From Negativicutes bacterium (lineage in GTDB: Bacteria; Bacillota; Negativicutes; UBA1444), in contig CAXXIN010000017.1 of assembly GCA_963665275.2 (NCBI GenBank), forward strand, positions 1-64,000: a stretch of DNA of 64,000 bases. The letters are read 5' to 3'. Made by a program: the position numbers and the translations under genes. This document shows, piece after piece, positions 58,558 to 64,000 of the stretch. The notes beneath the pieces were generated by a model, which made no database searches, was not told the DNA's origin, and saw nothing but the letters and a program-made list of their open reading frames with translations. The first letter of the stretch is position 1, and every line of letters begins with the position of its first letter.

Positions 58558-59733
58558 CTATTTGATTTCAAATGGAGATATCCCTTCCATGCTCTGGGAC
58601 CGAACCTTGGCAAATTCGTCGATATACCGCTGCACCGCCATCGTGGCCGACAATCTTCCGCCAATCACATCGCTTTCCAATGTTTTACGGCAGGTAATGA
58701 TCTCCGGCGCGCGATAAAACAGATTATGCAAATGCTCCTCGACCATGGCGTACACCCAGGAAAGGGTCTGTTGTTTGCGGCGCTCCGCCAAAACGTCATT
58801 AGCCTGCCCCTGCGCCATGAATTTCATGATCACATCGTTCCACAATTCTTTGATCCCGTCGCCAGTCATCGCCGAGCAGGCAAACGCTTTCGTTTCCCAT
58901 TGATCGGTAGCCTGGCGGATAAAATATAAAATTCGTTCATATTCGGCGCGGGTGACTAGCGCTCTGCGCCGGTTGTCCCCATCGGCTTTGTTGACCACAA
59001 CGGCGTCGGCAAGTTCCATCACGCCTTTTTTCATGCCTTGCAGCTCATCGCCGGCCCCGGTAATGACAACAAGCAGGAAAAAATCGACCATGGATCGCAC
59101 GGTGGTTTCGCTTTGGCCGACCCCTACTGTTTCTACCAGGATTGTGTCATAACCGGCTGCTTCGCATAAAAGCAAAGTTTCCCGGCTTTTTCGCGTCAAT
59201 CCGCCCAAGGTTCCCCCTGACGGGGAGGGCCGGATGAACGCATTTTTTTCGCGCGACAGTTGTTCCATACGTGTTTTGTCGCCCAGGATACTACCTTTGG
59301 TGACAGTGCTGGACGGATCAACCGCCAGCACTGCTACCCGATGGCCACTTTGACACAGATAGGTTCCCATCGCTTCAATGAATGTACTTTTACCAGCACC
59401 AGGAAAACCGGTAATACCCACCCGAGTCGATTTTCCAGTGTAAGGCAAGAGCTTTTGAATGACTTGTTGCGCCACTTCAAAATGAGCCGCTGCATTACTT
59501 TCGACCAGCGTAATCGCCCGGGAAAGGATCATGCGGTCGCCGCCGAGCACGCCCGCAACATAATCCTCCACAGTCAATTTACGCCTTTTGATTACTGGAG
59601 CCGTATTTTTTATCGGCTCAGTCCGGCTATTCGGCATTCCATCATGGCCGCCATTGACGCCGCACATTACCCGGCACGCAAATTTATCGTCGTCATTTTT
59701 CGGCGCCCATTCCGGCTTGTAAATTTCAGTCAT
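58558..59733 (-). CDS. meaB: Methylmalonyl-CoA mutase-associated GTPase MeaB/ArgK
   Basis: GITGFPGAGKST, AVDPSS, GDKTRM, ETVGVGQSE, NKADG. Start taken at MTEIY. Confidence 0.92.
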   Translation of the reverse strand: MTEIYKPEWAPKNDDDKFACRVMCGVNGGHDGMPNSRTEPIKNTAPVIKRRKLTVEDYVAGVLGGDRMILSRAITLVESNAAAHFEVAQQVIQKLLPYTGKSTRVGITGFPGAGKSTFIEAMGTYLCQSGHRVAVLAVDPSSTVTKGSILGDKTRMEQLSREKNAFIRPSPSGGTLGGLTRKSRETLLLCEAAGYDTILVETVGVGQSETTVRSMVDFFLLVVITGAGDELQGMKKGVMELADAVVVNKADGDNRRRALVTRAEYERILYFIRQATDQWETKAFACSAMTGDGIKELWNDVIMKFMAQGQANDVLAERRKQQTLSWVYAMVEEHLHNLFYRAPEIITCRKTLESDVIGGRLSATMAVQRYIDEFAKVRSQSMEGISPFEIK

Positions 59734-59737
59734 ATCA

Positions 59738-61927
59738 TTACTCCGCGAGTCTCTTGGACAATTCTTCAAGCACTTTCTTGGCGCAAACCGGAATGATGGT
59801 GCCAGGTCCAAAAATTGCCGCTGCGCCGTGTTCTTTGAGGAACGCGTAATCCTGCGCCGGAATAACGCCGCCGATCACGACCATGATATCTTCGCGACCG
59901 CGCTTCTTCAGTTCTTCGATCAACTGCGGCATCAACGTTTTATGACCGGCAGCAAGTGAACTCATCCCGACAATGTGCACGTCGTTGTCCACAGCATCCT
60001 GTGCCGCTTCTTCCGGTGTCTGGAACAAAGGACCGATATCAACGTCGTATCCCATATCCGCGAAAGCGGTCGCGATGACCTTCGCTCCGCGATCATGTCC
60101 ATCCTGGCCCCATTTTTGCGATCATGATACGAGGCCGGCGACCTTCGTGTTTTTCGAACTCATTCGCCAAGTCCCGCACTTCTTTGATGACGTCTTCATC
60201 TGCGAATTCACTGCTGTAAACGCCGGAAATAGAGCGAATGATCGCTTTATGACGACCGCAGACTTTCTCCACCGCATCGGAGATCTCGCCCTTGCTGGCG
60301 CGAGCCCGCGCTGCGTTAACAGCCAGTTCCAGCAAGTTGCCTTCGCCGGTTTCCATGGAATGAGTGATGGCATTCAACCAGTGTTCTACATCCTCTTGGT
60401 TTCGATTTGCGCGCAATTTTCGAAGTCGTTCGATTTGCGACAGCCGCACGGCGGTATTGTCGACTTCGAGAATATCCAGCGGATCTTCTTTTTCCAGCCG
60501 GTAATCATTCACGCCGACGATTTTTTCGGCGCCGGAATCGATATGAGCCTGCCGACGGGCGGAAGCTTCTTCGATTCTCATCTTCGGCAATCCGGTATCG
60601 ATGGCTTTGGACATACCGCCCAGCGCTTCGACTTCCTGTATATGCGCCCCAGGCGCTTCGGATCAGCTGGTTGGTCAGGGCTTCCACATAGTAGGAACCG
60701 CCCCAGGGATCGATGACTTTGCATACCTTGGTTTCATCCTGAATGTAGAGCTGCGTATTACGCGCAATACGGGCGGAAAAGTCGGTCGGCAAAGCGATCG
60801 CTTCATCCAGCGCGTTGGTATGCAATGACTGTGTGTGACCCAGCGCCGCCGCCATGGCTTCGACGCAGGTACGGGTAATGTTGTTGAACGGATCTTGCTC
60901 GGTCAGGCTCCAGCCGGAAGTCTGCGAGTGGGTACGCAGCGACATGGATTTTGTTTTCTTCGGGCCGAACGAATTGACGATTTTTGCCCAAAATCACGCG
61001 AGCGGCACGCATTTTTGCCACTTCCATGAAATAGTTTTTTCCAATCGCCCAGAAGAATGACAGCCGGGGAGCAAATTGGTCAATCTGCAGACCGTGTTCT
61101 GTACCGGTTCGCAGATATTCGAGACCGTCGGCCAACGTGTAGCCCAGCTCGATATCCGCAGTGGCTCCGGCTTCCTGCATGTGATAGCCGGAAATACTGA
61201 TGCTGTTGAATTTTGGCATATAGGCCGATGTATACTCGAAAATATCGCCGATGATACGCATGGAAGCAACGGGAGGATAAATATACGTATTTCGCACCAT
61301 GAACTCTTTCAGGATATCGTTCTGAATCGTACCGGCCATGATTTTTTTATCCACGCCCTGCTCTTCGCCCGCCAAAATATAGAAGGCCAGGATAGGAAGC
61401 ACTGCGCCGTTCATGGTCATTGACACCGACATTTGATCCAGTGGGATACCGGAGAACAGGATTTCCATGTCCAGGATCGAATCCACAGCCACGCCTGCCT
61501 TGCCAACATCGCCGACAACACGAGGATGATCGGAGTCATAACCCCTGTGAGTGGCAAGGTCAAAAGCGATGGACAGACCTTTTTGCCCGGCAGCCAGATT
61601 CCGGCGATAGAAAGCGTTACTTTCTTCGGCTGTGGAAAAGCCTGCATATTGACGGACCGTCCAAGGCTTCGTGACATACATCGTAGGATACGGCCCGCGC
61701 AGATACGGCGGCACACCCGCCATATACATCAAATGCTTGCAATCTTTGTAGGCTCTTTCGTCATACAACGGATCGAGGTTGATTTGCTCCATCGTCCGAA
61801 AAATATTTGCCTCGAACGATTTACCGGTTTCCCTTTCCAGATTGGCCTTCCATGCGTCATAACCTGATTGTCCGGGATTCGCCGCCTTGTGAAAGGGAAT
61901 TGCGCCAAAATCAGGAAATTTAGCCAT
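59738..61927 (-). CDS. mutB: Methylmalonyl-CoA mutase large subunit, three apparent +1 frameshifts (~60990, ~60650, ~60108)
   Basis: [30 protein letters not shown]; the B12 motif [10 protein letters not shown] is restored on removing one G. Confidence 0.9.
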
Positions 61928-61928
61928 C

Positions 61929-64000
61929 TTAGAACATCCCCCTTTCCTGCTGCATCTTGACCAAGGTTTCATTAGCAATTGGATCTGACGCTGATATAGT
62001 CGTCCATACCTGCTGCATCGCAGATTTCTTTTAGTTCTTTGGAAGGTGCGCCAGCCAGGAACACTTTCATTTTCGGCTTCTTTTCCTTGATGAGCTGGGT
62101 TACTGCCGGAGCCAGCTCGGGATATGTCGCATCCGTCGAGCAGACAATCGTGACATCAGCTCCCGAATTCATTGCGGCATCGACAGCTTCTTCCACCGTT
62201 GGGAAACCGTCGTTCGGCATGACTTCAAAATTCGCAACCTGCATAAAGGAAGTTACGAACTCCGCTCTGGCCTTATGCTGCGGAATCGGTCCCATGTTCG
62301 CCAGGAAAATCTTCACGTTTTCTCCTGTGCGAGCCTTAAACGCTTCGGTGCGTTGGCGCATTTCCTCATAGCGTTCCGTCCAACGATGCGGCAGTATGGG
62401 TTCAATCGTCAGCGCTGTCGCGTCGGTTGTCAGGGCGGCGGCAATTTCGCCCATAGTTGCGCCTGCCGTCATGGCCCATTTTGCTACATCAACAAGCACG
62501 CCAGCTTCGCTGCCGTCGCACTCATCCAGCGCTTTCAGCAAACCCTGCACCTGTTTTCCGTCTCGTTTTTTCGCATTCTCCGCCAAGGCTGCCATCCGCT
62601 GCGCTTTGATGGCGACGAAATCAATCGCAGGCACTTCCACCGGAACTTCGGTTACATTGGGATACATGTTGTTGCCAACGGCTCGGTCTGCACGGGTAGC
62701 CAGCTTTTTAAACCGATCATCCAGTACGGTTTTTACAGCCGCCTGAACTTTTTCCGTTTTCAAGGCAAGCGATAATCCCGCCCGCTTTTTCGATTTCCTG
62801 CATTTTCGCCCAGACTTTTTCCGCGAATTCATCAGTAAGTGATTCAATGTACCAAGAGCCACCGGCAGGATCGACCGGCTGCAAGAAGTTGAATTCGCTT
62901 TGCATCATGATTTGAATATTACGCGAGATTCGACGTGAAAATTCGTCGCTGGGGCGAATCACCGAATCAAAGGGTTTGACTGTCATGCCGTCGATCCCGC
63001 CCACCACTGCCGAAAACGACTGGGAAGCCGCCCGCAGCAGGTTGACATAGGGATCATAGGTTGTCTGGGTAAAGGAAGAGGTGCTGACAAACAAGTTGAT
63101 TTTTTTCGCCGCCTGATCTCCGCCAAACGCTTCGACCACTTGCGCCCAGATCATCTTGGCGGCGCGCAGTTTGGCGATTTCCATGAAGAAATTCGCGCCG
63201 ACGCTAAAATGGAAGCGAACATGCTGGGCGAAGCTATTGATATCGATATTTCGAAGTTGCATTGCTTTGATGTAAGTAATTGCCTCGCTCATCGCATACG
63301 CGACTTTCCTGCACATCATTGGCGCCACCGTTATGATAGGTATCCGCGTCAATCATTACGGTTCGGAGCTGTGGCGCATTCGCCCTGGCCCAGGCAATGC
63401 CATGCGCCATTTCATCGTAATACTCGTCCAAAGACCGCGGCAATTTCCCGTCAGCAACCAGCTCGCCAATCGGGTCCATGGTCACTGCACCCTGCAAGTT
63501 TTTTGTCCCAACACCACGTTTCTCCGCCAGCGCTGCAATATTGCCCAGCATCGCGACATTGGAAGCTCCTGCGTGCAGAGCCATTTCATGCTTATCCAGT
63601 TCAATGCCGTCCAATACGGTTTCCAGATCGGACAACGTAGAGAGTGATGCGCCCTGTTTTGCAAACTCGTCATCCGGGGCGTCCTGCACGTCCAGCCCCT
63701 TCATCGTTGCTTTATCCAAACGGAAACTGACAGCGGTCGTACCTTTTAGCAATTCTCGTTTTTCGACCGCATTTGCATCCGCCGGGGTCATGGAATCGCT
63801 TTGTTGGGCGATAGTCCACGGCTTGGACATATACCCTCCCGCATGGAACGCCACGCAAGTTGCTTTCGAGGCCGGGATACGTTTTGCAGTGGGTCAATTT
63901 TTCCGTATCCCGACATGATGTAAATCGGCTTTAACGTAATCCCCTCGTATGTCTTGGTAAACATACTTTTTTCGAAATCGGCGCCCTTGAGGGCCAGAAA
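61929..64000 (-). CDS. mutA: Methylmalonyl-CoA mutase small subunit, multiple frameshifts, 5' end off the window
   Basis: [49 protein letters not shown] spread over several frames; C-terminus [13 protein letters not shown] abuts mutB. Confidence 0.88.

Overview
Gene-dense window from an anaerobic diderm Firmicute, probably Negativicutes/Sporomusaceae. This is inferred from clostridial-type genes (LytTR/GHKL pair, reverse rubrerythrin, crt/hbd, sigma54 activators) occurring alongside RND pumps, Tat signals and a beta-barrel-like protein. I found no rRNA, tRNA, CRISPR, prophage or IS. Main blocks: a two-component pair, a MacB-like ABC exporter, tandem ArsR plus ArsP-like permease, a UvrD helicase, a sigma54-driven MFS/CoA-transferase/hbd/crt operon with a CBS-domain activator, and a DUF697-GTPase-DUF697 fusion. 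Further on are a Ni/peptide ABC transporter with FmdE behind a structured attenuator-like leader, and a methylmalonyl-CoA mutase/MeaB operon broken by short-run frameshifts that are probably long-read errors. Two candidates for an undescribed system stand out. (1) A sigma54 operon (42113 to 38295, minus strand) encoding two hypotheticals, an unannotated 38-aa membrane peptide, a Tat-exported COG1237 metallo-hydrolase and a repeat-built membrane protein, followed by a GAF-PAS kinase, an NtrC-type regulator and an RND pump. (2) A group IV nitrogenase-like H-D-K trio lacking FeMo-cofactor ligands, followed by the apparent deleted remnant of a CobN-type chelatase and near nickel-type uptake genes, which points to a metallo-tetrapyrrole reductase. 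All family assignments come from motif recognition by eye; no database search was run.
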